The notes beneath the pieces are model-generated. The model was not told the DNA's origin. It searched no databases and was given only the letters and a program-made list of their open reading frames with translations. From contig DHKI01000014.1 in NCBI GenBank assembly GCA_002404755.1, forward strand, positions 4,056 to 68,055: DNA of 64,000 nt, written 5' to 3'. This DNA comes from Clostridiales bacterium UBA4698. GTDB lineage: Bacteria > Bacillota > Clostridia > TANB77 > UBA1234. Made by a program: the position numbers and the translations under genes. Positions 49,193 to 58,947 of this stretch are shown piece after piece; the first letter of the stretch is position 1; each line of letters begins with the position of its first letter.

Positions 49193-49576
49193 TCATAGTA
49201 TTTTTATAATTGTCTCTAATAACGTTGATATTATTGGAATTGACATTGCTATTATAAGTATTCTTCCAGCGAGTTCTATTTTGGAAGCTATCGCCGTTTC
49301 GCCAGCATCCTTGCATACATTTGTTGCAAACTCTGAAAGATATGCTATTCCCGTTATTTTTAAAAGTATTGTAAGAAATCCTGTGTTTATATCTATTTTG
49401 TTCGAAAGGCTTTTTAGCAAATCTATTATTAGAGATAATTTACTTACTGAAAAAAGCAAAATCATTATGCCTGCAATTATTGATACATAAATTGCGTATT
49501 CGCCTTTATATTGCTTTAATATCATGATTATGAAAACACTTATAAATGCAATTCCTATTATTTTTATAATCTCCAT
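49193..49576 (-). CDS. spoIIIAD: Stage III sporulation protein AD
   Basis: ILLKITGIAYLSEFATNVCKDAGETAIASKIELAGRILI matches the conserved AD core. Confidence 0.9.
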   Translation of the reverse strand: MEIIKIIGIAFISVFIIMILKQYKGEYAIYVSIIAGIMILLFSVSKLSLIIDLLKSLSNKIDINTGFLTILLKITGIAYLSEFATNVCKDAGETAIASKIELAGRILIIAMSIPIISTLLETIIKIL

Positions 49577-49605
49577 TTTCCTCTCCTTACAAGCATGTTA
49601 AGTAA

Positions 49606-49800
49606 TTATAAATTAAATAATGTTTTTACCGTGTCAAATAAATTGCTGATTTCTTTTACTACCATTGCAAGCACTATTACTATTCCAGCAAGTGCAGTCA
49701 TCATTGCTTGGTCTTCTCTACCGGCTCTAACTAGCACTTGATGCAATACTGCAACTAATATTCCTATGGCAGCTATTTTAAATAAAAGTTGTATCTCCAT
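49606..49800 (-). CDS. spoIIIAC: Stage III sporulation protein AC
   Basis: 64 aa with two TM helices. FKIAAIGILVAVLHQVL. Confidence 0.9.
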   Translation of the reverse strand: MEIQLLFKIAAIGILVAVLHQVLVRAGREDQAMMTALAGIVIVLAMVVKEISNLFDTVKTLFNL

Positions 49801-49809
49801 AAAAACCTC

Positions 49810-50337
49810 CTATATTAACAAAATAATAAGAATAAGTCCTGTTAAAACACCCATATTTCTATACATTTTATAGCTTCTGCTCTTTTCTTCAGTTGCATCT
49901 TTTAATTGTGACATAAGCATTTGCTGAACAAGTCTTATATTTTTTATTTGGTTTTCTAAGTCTGTTTGACCAAGTGATACAGAAAGCCCCTTTAATATTT
50001 CTATATCTTTATCTTTTAGCTCTAAAAAAATCTTTTCTTCATCTACTACATTTCTAAAAACATCACCTGCAGACATGTTTTTGTTTTCTCTTAAATGCTC
50101 CGCCGATATAAAAAATATTCTATAAATCTTCGTTTTTAAATTTTCTGATATGTACATAAATGTGTCAATCAAACTATCATATGTATATGAGATTTTTGCT
50201 TCAAATATTTCTAATGCGGATATAATATCTTCAAGTTCACTAACTCTAGTGCTAAACCTGTTAGATATAAAAAAGCCTATTGCCATCGAAGCTAGAAAAA
50301 CAATAGTAAGCAAAATAATTTTAACTACTAATAACAT
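49810..50337 (-). CDS. spoIIIAB: Stage III sporulation protein AB
   Basis: N-terminal TM helix and operon position. The start is set at MLLVVKIIL. Confidence 0.8.
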   Translation of the reverse strand: MLLVVKIILLTIVFLASMAIGFFISNRFSTRVSELEDIISALEIFEAKISYTYDSLIDTFMYISENLKTKIYRIFFISAEHLRENKNMSAGDVFRNVVDEEKIFLELKDKDIEILKGLSVSLGQTDLENQIKNIRLVQQMLMSQLKDATEEKSRSYKMYRNMGVLTGLILIILLI

Positions 50338-51242
50338 AGTTTTTATCCTCCAGTTTATATATTTTTTTAATCTCACCCGGTTTTTGCTTTTTAGTGAGAA
50401 TAATTATGTTTTTGAACATATTTCCTTCTAAGAAGTCTTTAGAAATATCTTCTATATCCTTTCCATGCATTGTGAGAAGCAATTTTGTCCCCATAAAGCT
50501 GGCTTCTTTTATTGCTTCTAAATCATCTTTTCCGCCAATTTCATCTGTGGCTATTATTTTAGGAGCCATGCTTCTTATCATCATTTTTATTCCGATAGAT
50601 TTTGGCAAATTACACATTACATCTGTTCGAACTCCAATCTCATTTTGAGGAGTTCCTTTGTACATTGCCGCAATTTCCATTCTTTCATCTACTAAAGATA
50701 TATTTTCACCCCTTATATTTTCAAAGCCATTGCTTAAATTTTTTATCATGTCTCTTAATATTGTTGTTTTACCTGCACCGTGGTGGAGATACTATAAGCG
50801 TATTTTCAAATGAGTTATTTTTCGTTATCTTTTCAAGTAGTGCTTTACTACAATTTTTAACTTCTCTTGCAACTCTTATATTTAAACTAGATATGTATTT
50901 TATGTTTTTTATTTTTCCATCTTCTATAATTCCCATTCCTGATATGCCTATTCGATGACCACCTCTAAGTGTTATATAACCTGAGTTTATCTCGTTTTGC
51001 ACGGCATATATAGAATTATTACAGAAACTTTCTAAAAGCCTTAGCATGTCCTCTGTATTTACTTTATGATTTAAAAAAAGTTCATTGCCTAAATACCTGA
51101 CTTCTATTGGTTGTCCATTTCTTATTCGTATTTCTTCTGCTGTATCCCATATATTTTCACTTGTTATATTTTTGATTTCATTTAAACTATCTGGAAAAAA
51201 AGAAAGAATTTCATCATATACCTTTTGAAACATGCTTTTCAC
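50321..51242 (-). pseudogene. spoIIIAA: Stage III sporulation protein AA (AAA ATPase), frameshifted in the Walker A
   Basis: It is split into 50769..51242 and 50321..50749. Removing one nt near 50779 restores TLIVSPPGAGKTTILRDMIKNLS. Confidence 0.7.
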
Positions 51243-51452
51243 CTCTAGTGTAATGTATATGCTGATTATTTGATTTTTAGAACTAAATATTATTTTTTAT
51301 TAAAGAAATTTTTCATGATATAAACTTAATATGCTAATGAATGTTATGGCAATTTTCAGTCTTTATGATACTTGACACACTTGAAAATTGGCTATACCTT
51401 TCATATCAAGTAACAAAAAACATGGTAATCAAATGATTACCATGCTTTTTAT

Positions 51453-52508
51453 TTAGTGCTTCTGATTTTCGTTTCTGAAAATATTCAGAAAATCTTTTGC
51501 TTCAATTTTGGGATACATTTCTGCAATAGATGCATAATTTGTTTTCATCCATTTCTCAAAGCTTTTCCTTACATCAATTCTCACAAGTGCCACATTCTTT
51601 TTCATCTGTCTTGCAATATCATCGTAAATCTTGTCGATAGATTTTGCAGAACTTGCCATGGAAATAGCTCTTTTAAAAGCTTCTCCATTAATCTTCAGTT
51701 CATCACAAAGATGGAAAAGACGCTCATCATAAGAACCTGTAGAAGGATTCAAAAACTTAGCAATGGCATCACCAAAAGTTTCTTCCAAAACCGTATTCAA
51801 AGTCACCTTACTTTCATCTTCGCTTGCAACCTTTTCTACCGTTTCGAAAACTTGTGTAATGTTTTCTTCATGAGATTCTACTTTCTCATCATTACATTCT
51901 TCCTGTTTCAAATCAGTTTCTTCGGAGATGCAAATCTTTTGAACATTTTCGTTCTCACTAGTTGCACCTTCAATTTTTTCTGATTCTTCAGAAAGATTTT
52001 CCACTGCCAAGCCTTCTTCATCCACATTATGATTTTCTGATTTTTCATCTACCATTTCCTTTTCACAAGATGTTTCTTCAATGTTAGTAGTTGTAATTTC
52101 CTCCATACCGGATTCTTCTAAATCCTGACTTGCTTCGATAACCGGGGATTCAATTACATTGTCATTCTTTGGTTCTTGGAATGCATCTTGAGAATTGTCA
52201 ATTCCATGTTCGTGCTCGCAAGAAGCAGAACTAACATCAACCTCTTCAACATTCTCAGGAAGTTTTTCGAACTTTTGATTTTCCTCAGACGTAGTTTCTA
52301 TGATAATTCTTGCATCAAGGAAAATTCTTCTAAGGAAAAATAGAAGTTTCGCCACCTCGTCCTTTTGACTCCATTCCCACAAGATTACAACCTTTGAATG
52401 CTCATTGTCCCAAACGAACTCAACATTAAGTTCGTTAATCACATGCATCAACTCAAAGAATTTTGTTTGATCTCGGTCGCCATAGAGAATTGTGATTTTG
52501 TTCTTCAT
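51453..52508 (-). CDS. Highly acidic three-part protein, function unknown (partner of the PemK-like-domain gene)
   Basis: A folded N-terminal domain is followed by a ~150-aa E/D/S-rich linker and a helical C-terminal domain. The start is set at MKNKITILYG, which has an AGAGGTGA RBS, 13 nt after the upstream stop. Confidence 0.55.
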   Translation of the reverse strand: MKNKITILYGDRDQTKFFELMHVINELNVEFVWDNEHSKVVILWEWSQKDEVAKLLFFLRRIFLDARIIIETTSEENQKFEKLPENVEEVDVSSASCEHEHGIDNSQDAFQEPKNDNVIESPVIEASQDLEESGMEEITTTNIEETSCEKEMVDEKSENHNVDEEGLAVENLSEESEKIEGATSENENVQKICISEETDLKQEECNDEKVESHEENITQVFETVEKVASEDESKVTLNTVLEETFGDAIAKFLNPSTGSYDERLFHLCDELKINGEAFKRAISMASSAKSIDKIYDDIARQMKKNVALVRIDVRKSFEKWMKTNYASIAEMYPKIEAKDFLNIFRNENQKH

Positions 52509-52520
52509 CTCAATCACCTC

Positions 52521-53645
52521 TTAGTGATGGTATGCAATCAAGTTAATAAGTCTGAGAAAAGCCTCGAAACAAGGATACAATTCTTTATATTTCTTCTTCA
52601 AAAGAACCGCAACCTTGCCCTGAACAGCGTCAGGTTTCATAAGCTTGCCTCTAGAGATATCAACAAAGAGCTGCTTACTATCAATATTAGTTGAGAATTT
52701 TGTCCTTCTAATAGCCTCAAAGAGATATGTAGAAGCTTCGTCAGCATCAGGATAAAAGCCGAGCAAATTCATGAGTTTTTTTACCTTCTCCTCATAAGTA
52801 AGCTCAGAATTACCTATCTCAACAGCTTCTTTCTCTTTGCCACAAAGAAGGTTCAACTGCTTTGAACCAAGCTTCAAGTCTTCAAGAGTGAAGTTTACAC
52901 TCTCCTCCGAATTTCCTCTTAGGTAGCACCTCTCAATGACTGCGTAATAATCTTCAGAAATGTCTCCAAGATACTGAATAAAACGCTTTTCGGAAACAGA
53001 CTGACGCTCTTTAAAAAGTACATGGGTTTTCTGCTGTGCATAAAACTTAGGGTTTTTGTTTTTAAGCACCTTAGGATCAAGGAAAGAAAGTTCCAAAACT
53101 TCTTTTCCATCCCAATACTTAGTACTACATGGAATAACATTCCAAAGTCCCTTTGATGTTTCTTCGCAAAGGATAGCGGGGTGCGGATAACCAAATTCAC
53201 CGCCAACCGGTACTCCAAAATCAACCATCCAAAGAGACATTCTTTTTGGCTTTGGAAAATCCTTATAATAAAGTCTGCTCTCCGTCATCTCATGTCTAGA
53301 AGAGACAAACCTTCTATCAGAATTTTTCAATGATTTTGTATCCGTTTTGGGATAAATTTCCGGTGTTGCCTTTCTAACTGCTGTTGGAACACCAATAAGT
53401 TTATCCGGACCAACAGTCGAAACCTTAATGTCACTTGGTTTAGTGTTTGAAACAGATTTTATCTGTCTCATTCCTATCAGGTTCAAAATACTGTTCGAAG
53501 GGTTACCATCACTAAATGTAACTCTCCCACTCTCAATGTCAACTTTTATATCTCCCAAAGTTCCGTCGCCTGTTTCAGGCATTTTAATCATGTTCCGTGC
53601 CAATTCATACGGATCAAAGTGTTCGTTTACCGATACTGTAAGCAT
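52521..53645 (-). CDS. 374-aa protein with an internal PemK/MazF-like segment
   Basis: LWMVDFGVPVGGEFGYPHPAILCEE..GLWNVIPCSTKY aligns by eye with the IWxVxf.P..GxE....RPxlv ... vvPxTs core of Kid/MazF toxins. Confidence 0.5.
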   Translation of the reverse strand: MLTVSVNEHFDPYELARNMIKMPETGDGTLGDIKVDIESGRVTFSDGNPSNSILNLIGMRQIKSVSNTKPSDIKVSTVGPDKLIGVPTAVRKATPEIYPKTDTKSLKNSDRRFVSSRHEMTESRLYYKDFPKPKRMSLWMVDFGVPVGGEFGYPHPAILCEETSKGLWNVIPCSTKYWDGKEVLELSFLDPKVLKNKNPKFYAQQKTHVLFKERQSVSEKRFIQYLGDISEDYYAVIERCYLRGNSEESVNFTLEDLKLGSKQLNLLCGKEKEAVEIGNSELTYEEKVKKLMNLLGFYPDADEASTYLFEAIRRTKFSTNIDSKQLFVDISRGKLMKPDAVQGKVAVLLKKKYKELYPCFEAFLRLINLIAYHH

Positions 53646-53787
53646 AAATGCAATTACCTCCTATTTTTTATTATTGTCGCTAATATACCTACTTTGGACT
53701 ATTCTAAGAAGAGCCCGAGTAATCCGAAACCATAAAGTTTCTCCTTTCTAATTAGAAATAGATTTACAAGACTATTCATGCTCTTAT

Positions 53788-53816
53788 ATTATAGCATTAA
53801 AGCGTTTTGAGGTCAA
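53788..53816 (-). promoter_or_regulatory. Consensus sigma-A promoter of the 52521-53645 cassette
   Basis: On the minus strand: TTGACC (53811-16), a 17-nt spacer, then TATAAT (53788-93). Confidence 0.6.
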
Positions 53817-53867
53817 CATAATTTAAGATTTTTGTGCCATTTTTTTACCTTTTTTCTATATTTTTGA

Positions 53868-53914
53868 CATAAAAAACACGTCAAAAAGTCACAAAACACT
53901 TTTTTGACGTGTTT
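53868..53914 (-). terminator. Terminator of the ABC operon
   Basis: aaacacgtcaaaaa (53874-87) pairs with tttttgacgtgttt (53901-14). A T-run follows on the minus strand. Confidence 0.7.
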
Positions 53915-53931
53915 CTTCTATAAATATAATT

Positions 53932-55227
53932 TTACTCACTTCTTATAGCATCTAAGGCTTTAATCTTAGTTGCTCTAATTGCTGGATATAATCCTGATAC
54001 AACACCTATTACCATTGCAAATCCAACAGCAGCTACTGCTAGCCATACTGGTATAACTGATATTGTGCTTGCCGAGTCGAAACCTAGTACACTTCCAAGT
54101 TGTGGAGCATATTTGTTTAAAATATGTGACACAAGATAACTTAAGCCTATTCCGGCAACACCACCACAAAATCCTATAATCATTGCTTCAAATAAGAATA
54201 TTTTTCTTATATCCGTTACTAAGCAACCTAATACTTTCATAACACCAATTTCTTTTGTTCTCTCATATATTGACATTACCATCGTATTTGCAATACCTAT
54301 TGCTGAAACTAAAAGTGAAACTGCACCTATACCACCTAAAATAAGTTGTAACATATTTGATGTTTGTTTTACGTTTTCAAGGCTATCTGCCATGCTGTAT
54401 GAACCATAACCCATATCTTTAATTTTTTGTTGAATCTCAGCGACATTATCAACATCATCAACACTTACCCAAATTGCACTATAACTAATATCTTTTGCAG
54501 AAACCTTTTTACCATTGCTTTTTTGCTTTTTTATGTACCACTCTCTTACTTGATCAAAAGGTGCATATATGCTATAGCTTGTTTCATCTTGAGATTCTGC
54601 TAATACACCAGCTACTTTTAATTTTTCATACTTTGGCACTTTATTACTGTCCCATGTATTATCGAATGTTATCTGTATTCTATCATTCATTAAATCTATA
54701 TTTGGAGTATCTCTTCTTCCTCCATTACCTTTTGGGTTATAGAAATAAACAGCTGAACTACCAAACAATACAGCCTCAGGGTTGCTATTTGATATATACT
54801 CACCAGATTGTACTTTTGGAAAATCAAAATATTCTAATGTGTCTGGATCTATACCAGTAATACTTGCATAAGCTTGATACTTTCCTGATTTTAGCTTTGC
54901 ATCCACTTCCATTATCGGAGTTACCCCTCTTACATGGTCAAATGTTTTTAATTTATTTACAAGTGCTTCATCTAATTTTTTCTCGCTAGATGAACCCATT
55001 CCAGTGTCTTCATCATATATATAATTATAACGATTTATAGTTATTTTAGTTAAGCTACCCCATTGAGCAAGTTGCTCTTTGTAGCCTTCTGTCATACCCA
55101 CACCCAAAGAAACCATTATTACAATAGAAAAAGTACCAATGACAACACCTGTAATAGTAAGAATTGTTCTAAGTTTTCTTCGCCAAAGATTTCTAAATCC
55201 CATCTTAACAAAGTCTATCTTTTTCAT
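53932..55227 (-). CDS. ABC transporter permease, FtsX/MacB-like
   Basis: N-terminal TM helix, a large extracytoplasmic domain and a C-terminal FtsX 3-TM bundle. 431 aa. Confidence 0.85.
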   Translation of the reverse strand: MKKIDFVKMGFRNLWRRKLRTILTITGVVIGTFSIVIMVSLGVGMTEGYKEQLAQWGSLTKITINRYNYIYDEDTGMGSSSEKKLDEALVNKLKTFDHVRGVTPIMEVDAKLKSGKYQAYASITGIDPDTLEYFDFPKVQSGEYISNSNPEAVLFGSSAVYFYNPKGNGGRRDTPNIDLMNDRIQITFDNTWDSNKVPKYEKLKVAGVLAESQDETSYSIYAPFDQVREWYIKKQKSNGKKVSAKDISYSAIWVSVDDVDNVAEIQQKIKDMGYGSYSMADSLENVKQTSNMLQLILGGIGAVSLLVSAIGIANTMVMSIYERTKEIGVMKVLGCLVTDIRKIFLFEAMIIGFCGGVAGIGLSYLVSHILNKYAPQLGSVLGFDSASTISVIPVWLAVAAVGFAMVIGVVSGLYPAIRATKIKALDAIRSE

Positions 55228-55291
55228 CTTTTATTCCTTGTATAAATAGATTTAGGTTTTTATATGGAAAACCTATAAACCACTTTATTCT

Positions 55292-55585
55292 TTATTTCAT
55301 CGCACTTTTTCTTCCAAGTATAATTCCTAGAGCTATACCGATTGCAATACATACACCTATTGTAATCCATAATATTATTGTGCTTGTATTTGCGTTTTTT
55401 GTGTCTTGAGTTGGATTCATTCCATCTCCACCAATATACCCTGTATCTGTAATATAATCGTTACCAATTGCAATATTCGCTCCACCATCAACAGCTATTT
55501 TAGCATTAGCTACAGTAGCTGTAGCAATAAAATCAGCTGTAGCAACATCTGCTGTTGCCATTGTATCAAGTACTACGTCTTCCAT
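55292..55585 (-). CDS. Small C-terminally anchored protein
   Basis: 97 aa. The N-terminal part is rich in Ala, Thr and Asp. The TM segment is IILWITIGVCIAIGIALGIILG. Confidence 0.5.
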   Translation of the reverse strand: MEDVVLDTMATADVATADFIATATVANAKIAVDGGANIAIGNDYITDTGYIGGDGMNPTQDTKNANTSTIILWITIGVCIAIGIALGIILGRKSAMK

Positions 55586-55597
55586 AATAAATCCTCC

Positions 55598-57355
55598 TTA
55601 AATTTCATCTTCTAGTTTTTTTCTAACTATTTTTGTTGTTATTATTTTTACAATAATAAATGTAACTATAAAGCTTCCAAAACCATATAGGGCAATTTGC
55701 CACCATGTATACGTTTTTGTCTCTTCTGTTGGAGTGTCAATTCCGCCTGGATCTACAGGGGAAGGATTATCTGTACCACCAGGATTGTCATCTGGTACAT
55801 ATGCTGGCGTTACGTAGCAAGAAAAGTCTTTTCTAACTTCTATTGTTTTTCCTGAAGAATCTTCAAAAGCTAAAACAAGTACACCATTTGCATCACCTTC
55901 TTTAGTTGGTTCAACCATGATATCATAATAATCAGAATTTCCTGCATCTAGGTTTCCTATGTAGTTGATTGATTGAACAGCCTTAAAATCTCCTTCAACG
56001 CTTGCTGTTAAGTTTGAAACTTTGGCCTTTCCCATGTTTATATAATCAAATGATAATGTTGCTTGGCTACCCATCATGCAATCCATAACACTAGCACCAT
56101 TTATAACTAGTTTTGAATACTCTGTTACTGGCAAGTTTATTACTTCTTTTGAAACATATGTATTTGAATTACTATCTTCATAGTCAAAATCTATATTTAT
56201 TGGATAAGACTTTGATGTTAAATCTTGTTTTACGTTAAGTTCTATACTTCTTGCAGCAGATTCCTTTGGACCCAATTTTTCAACATAAAATGTATTGCTA
56301 CCTTTTGTAATCATATAAGCACCGTCATCTGAACTTAAAGTTATTTTCATATTTGATATTGATTTGTCATTACTTGTGTTCATAAACTTAAATGTGAAGT
56401 TTATTGTATCACCTGCAACAATGTTTGCTTTATCGGTTGAATATGAAGCAATCATTATCTTTGGCTTTCCTGATGTTTCATCTCCACTCTCGTTTTGGCT
56501 TAAAACATCTAGAATATATAAAGTTTTTTCTTCTGTTGCTTGTTCTCCGTTAGAATCTTTATAGTAAACAGTTGCTGTCAAAGAATGATTACCTTTTGTG
56601 ATATTTTTAGAAGCCATCATATCAAAACTTGCTGTATACGTAGATTTTGCTGCAAGTTTGCCTATGTAATAAAAATCTTTTTCATCAACAGCCATAAAAC
56701 CGTCTTGGCCTAATCCACCGATTCTTACATACATATCAGTCGCATCTATATCACCAATATTATTTATATTAAACTTAAGATTAAATCTTTCGCCAGCAGA
56801 AACTCTCTCAGGTGTTGTATTTGCACTATCAACAGTTACTATTGATTTTACTTTTTCAGCAATAACCTTTACAAAAACGCTTCCTTCTGAAGAATAATTC
56901 TCATCTCTATTATTCTTGTATTCCATTTTGAATTTTAATTCATAAATACCTTTTTTAGTAGAAGCTTTTGATTTCAAATTGAAAGTTGCTACACCTTCTC
57001 TGCCTTTCTTTACAGAGCTAGTCGTCTCATAACTAGTCGCTCTCTCATATTCTAATATACTATTTTCAAAAACTGGTGTAATCTTAGTGTTGTATGCTGT
57101 GTATTCACTATCGTTTTTGTATGTAAACTTTAGTGTAAAATCTTCTCCAGCAGTGATTTCTGGCATCTTATTGTCTTCCACAACAATCAACTTTGGAACT
57201 CTTGGTTTATAATCATTATCCGAACCATCGCTATAGCCGGCATTGTATCCAGCATTATAACCATTTTTGTAATCGTCAGATTCTGTTGCTAATGCAAAGC
57301 TTGTCATTAATACCGTAATTACAACAATTAAACTAATTATTTTTTTCATTTTCAT
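55598..57355 (-). CDS. Exported, C-terminally anchored protein with four CARDB/COG1361-like beta-sandwich repeats
   Basis: Signal peptide. Repeated blocks FTLKFTYKNDS, FNLKFNINNIG, INFTFKFMNTS and ATLSFDYINMG. C-terminal TM helix. Confidence 0.65.
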   Translation of the reverse strand: MKMKKIISLIVVITVLMTSFALATESDDYKNGYNAGYNAGYSDGSDNDYKPRVPKLIVVEDNKMPEITAGEDFTLKFTYKNDSEYTAYNTKITPVFENSILEYERATSYETTSSVKKGREGVATFNLKSKASTKKGIYELKFKMEYKNNRDENYSSEGSVFVKVIAEKVKSIVTVDSANTTPERVSAGERFNLKFNINNIGDIDATDMYVRIGGLGQDGFMAVDEKDFYYIGKLAAKSTYTASFDMMASKNITKGNHSLTATVYYKDSNGEQATEEKTLYILDVLSQNESGDETSGKPKIMIASYSTDKANIVAGDTINFTFKFMNTSNDKSISNMKITLSSDDGAYMITKGSNTFYVEKLGPKESAARSIELNVKQDLTSKSYPINIDFDYEDSNSNTYVSKEVINLPVTEYSKLVINGASVMDCMMGSQATLSFDYINMGKAKVSNLTASVEGDFKAVQSINYIGNLDAGNSDYYDIMVEPTKEGDANGVLVLAFEDSSGKTIEVRKDFSCYVTPAYVPDDNPGGTDNPSPVDPGGIDTPTEETKTYTWWQIALYGFGSFIVTFIIVKIITTKIVRKKLEDEI

Positions 57356-58040
57356 TTACCTCCACAATTTTTTCAATATGTCCATCATGAATATGAACAA
57401 CCTTATTTGCGTATTTCGCCATGTTCACATCGTGTGTAACCATTACTATTGTTTGCTTTCTCTCAGTTGCAATTTTCTTTATGATTTCCATTATTTCGTT
57501 CGCCGTTTTACTATCCAAATTTCCAGTAGGTTCATCAGCAAAAACTATTTCCGGATCCGTCACGAATGCTCTTGCAATACCAACTCTCTGTTGCTGTCCA
57601 CCACTCATTTGGTTTGGTTTATGCTTCATTCTTTCTTTTAACCCTACTGCAATTAGCATTTCTTTAGCCCTTCTCGTTCTCTCCTTTGCTTTCACTTCTT
57701 TAAAAACCATCGGCAAAGCAACATTTTCTATAGCATTCAATGCTGGCAACAAATTATATGACTGAAACACAAATCCAAGATATTTTTGTCTAAACTTCGC
57801 TAACTGATGTTCACCCATCTTGCACACATCTTTGCCTTTTATCAAAATCTCGCCTTTCGTAATTTTTTCAATACCAGCCATAAGGTTTAAAAGTGTTGAT
57901 TTACCAGAACCCGAGCTACCAAGTAAACAGCAAAAATCACCCTTATTTATAGTAAAGCTGACATTATCTAGAGCCATAATTCTTTCTGTGCCAACTTTAT
58001 ATATCTTAGTAACATTTTTTACTTCTATAATCGGTTCCAT
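57333..58040 (-). CDS. ABC transporter ATP-binding protein (MacB/LolD-type)
   Basis: Walker A GSSGSGKST, signature MSGGQQQR, Walker B IVFADEPT. Confidence 0.9.
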   Translation of the reverse strand: MEPIIEVKNVTKIYKVGTERIMALDNVSFTINKGDFCCLLGSSGSGKSTLLNLMAGIEKITKGEILIKGKDVCKMGEHQLAKFRQKYLGFVFQSYNLLPALNAIENVALPMVFKEVKAKERTRRAKEMLIAVGLKERMKHKPNQMSGGQQQRVGIARAFVTDPEIVFADEPTGNLDSKTANEIMEIIKKIATERKQTIVMVTHDVNMAKYANKVVHIHDGHIEKIVEVNENEKNN

Positions 58041-58346
58041 AAACTCCTCCCATAACATCTAGTCTGTACTAGATATACTATCACAGCAAATACAATTTTT
58101 CAACATATATTTGCATTATTTTTCTTAATACACCAATTAGACAAATTAACTTACAAAAAAGTCTCATCATTTTTAGAATTTTATAAATTTGTCCTAATAA
58201 AAAATATGCTTGCCCCAAAATATTTATTATAAGTATTTCAAAAATTAAATAGATAATTAAAAATATTCTTAAAGTACTTATCATCATAATTTGTTATAAT
58301 ACATAATTAATACATTCTAAATAATCTTAAATCCTTATTTTAGATA

Positions 58347-58383
58347 TAAAAAAAGACCGATAACAAAACCATGTTACCAGTCT
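58347..58383 (-). terminator. Terminator downstream of 58413..58730
   Basis: On the minus-strand RNA, agactggtaac pairs with gttatcggtct (two G-U pairs), followed by a T-run. Confidence 0.45.
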
Positions 58384-58412
58384 AAAAACATATTACCGTA
58401 TGTTTTATTCAA

Positions 58413-58730
58413 TTATTTGTTCAAAAACAAAATCCACTTGTCTTTGAATTCCAATCTTCCTATATAGGAGAACTTGGAATACACCGAATATTGAGCATAT
58501 ACAAACTTTTCCCAGCTTGCATATTTCTTCTTCGAAACCTGCTTCACAAAACTTGGATACTTCTTTCCATTCGGAACTTGTTCAAACGTAATCTTCAAAA
58601 TGTTTCCCTGCATAGAAACGTCTTTTATCTTGTAGAACTCTTCCTCTTGGATTATCCGCTCAATCTCGCCTTCCACATTCCGAAATCCTGAAACATTCAG
58701 ACTCCGTTCATGAATAACCTTATCCGACAT
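58413..58730 (-). CDS. Hypothetical 105-aa protein
   Basis: The start is set at MSDKVIHER, which has a GGAGGA RBS. No motif recognised. Confidence 0.45.
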   Translation of the reverse strand: MSDKVIHERSLNVSGFRNVEGEIERIIQEEEFYKIKDVSMQGNILKITFEQVPNGKKYPSFVKQVSKKKYASWEKFVYAQYSVYSKFSYIGRLEFKDKWILFLNK

Positions 58731-58947
58731 AACGTCCTCCAACAATAATAAGATTTTTCTACATGAGCTATTTTAACATATTTTACATTGTTAAGCAAGC
58801 AATTTAAATTCATTTTCCATAAATATCCATTAGAGTTGTTTTCAATTACATTCATATACTCTAAATTCCTGATTCCATCTAATTTCATACTGCTTGTTGA
58901 TTAAAAATCAAATTACATACATATGTTTAAATTCAAAACCAATTAGC

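Noticed and set aside
52919-53224. 101-aa same-strand alternative-frame ORF inside the PemK-like-domain gene, and a similar one at 53975..54169 inside the permease gene.
   Set aside because: They are embedded out of frame within longer ORFs that have recognisable domains, and they have no independent translation signals.
58081-58888. ORFs 58081..58287 and 58697..58888 in AT-rich spacers.
   Set aside because: They have Ile/Leu/Lys/Asn-rich translations typical of random AT-rich sequence and no RBS. One of them overlaps the start region of the 58413-58730 gene.
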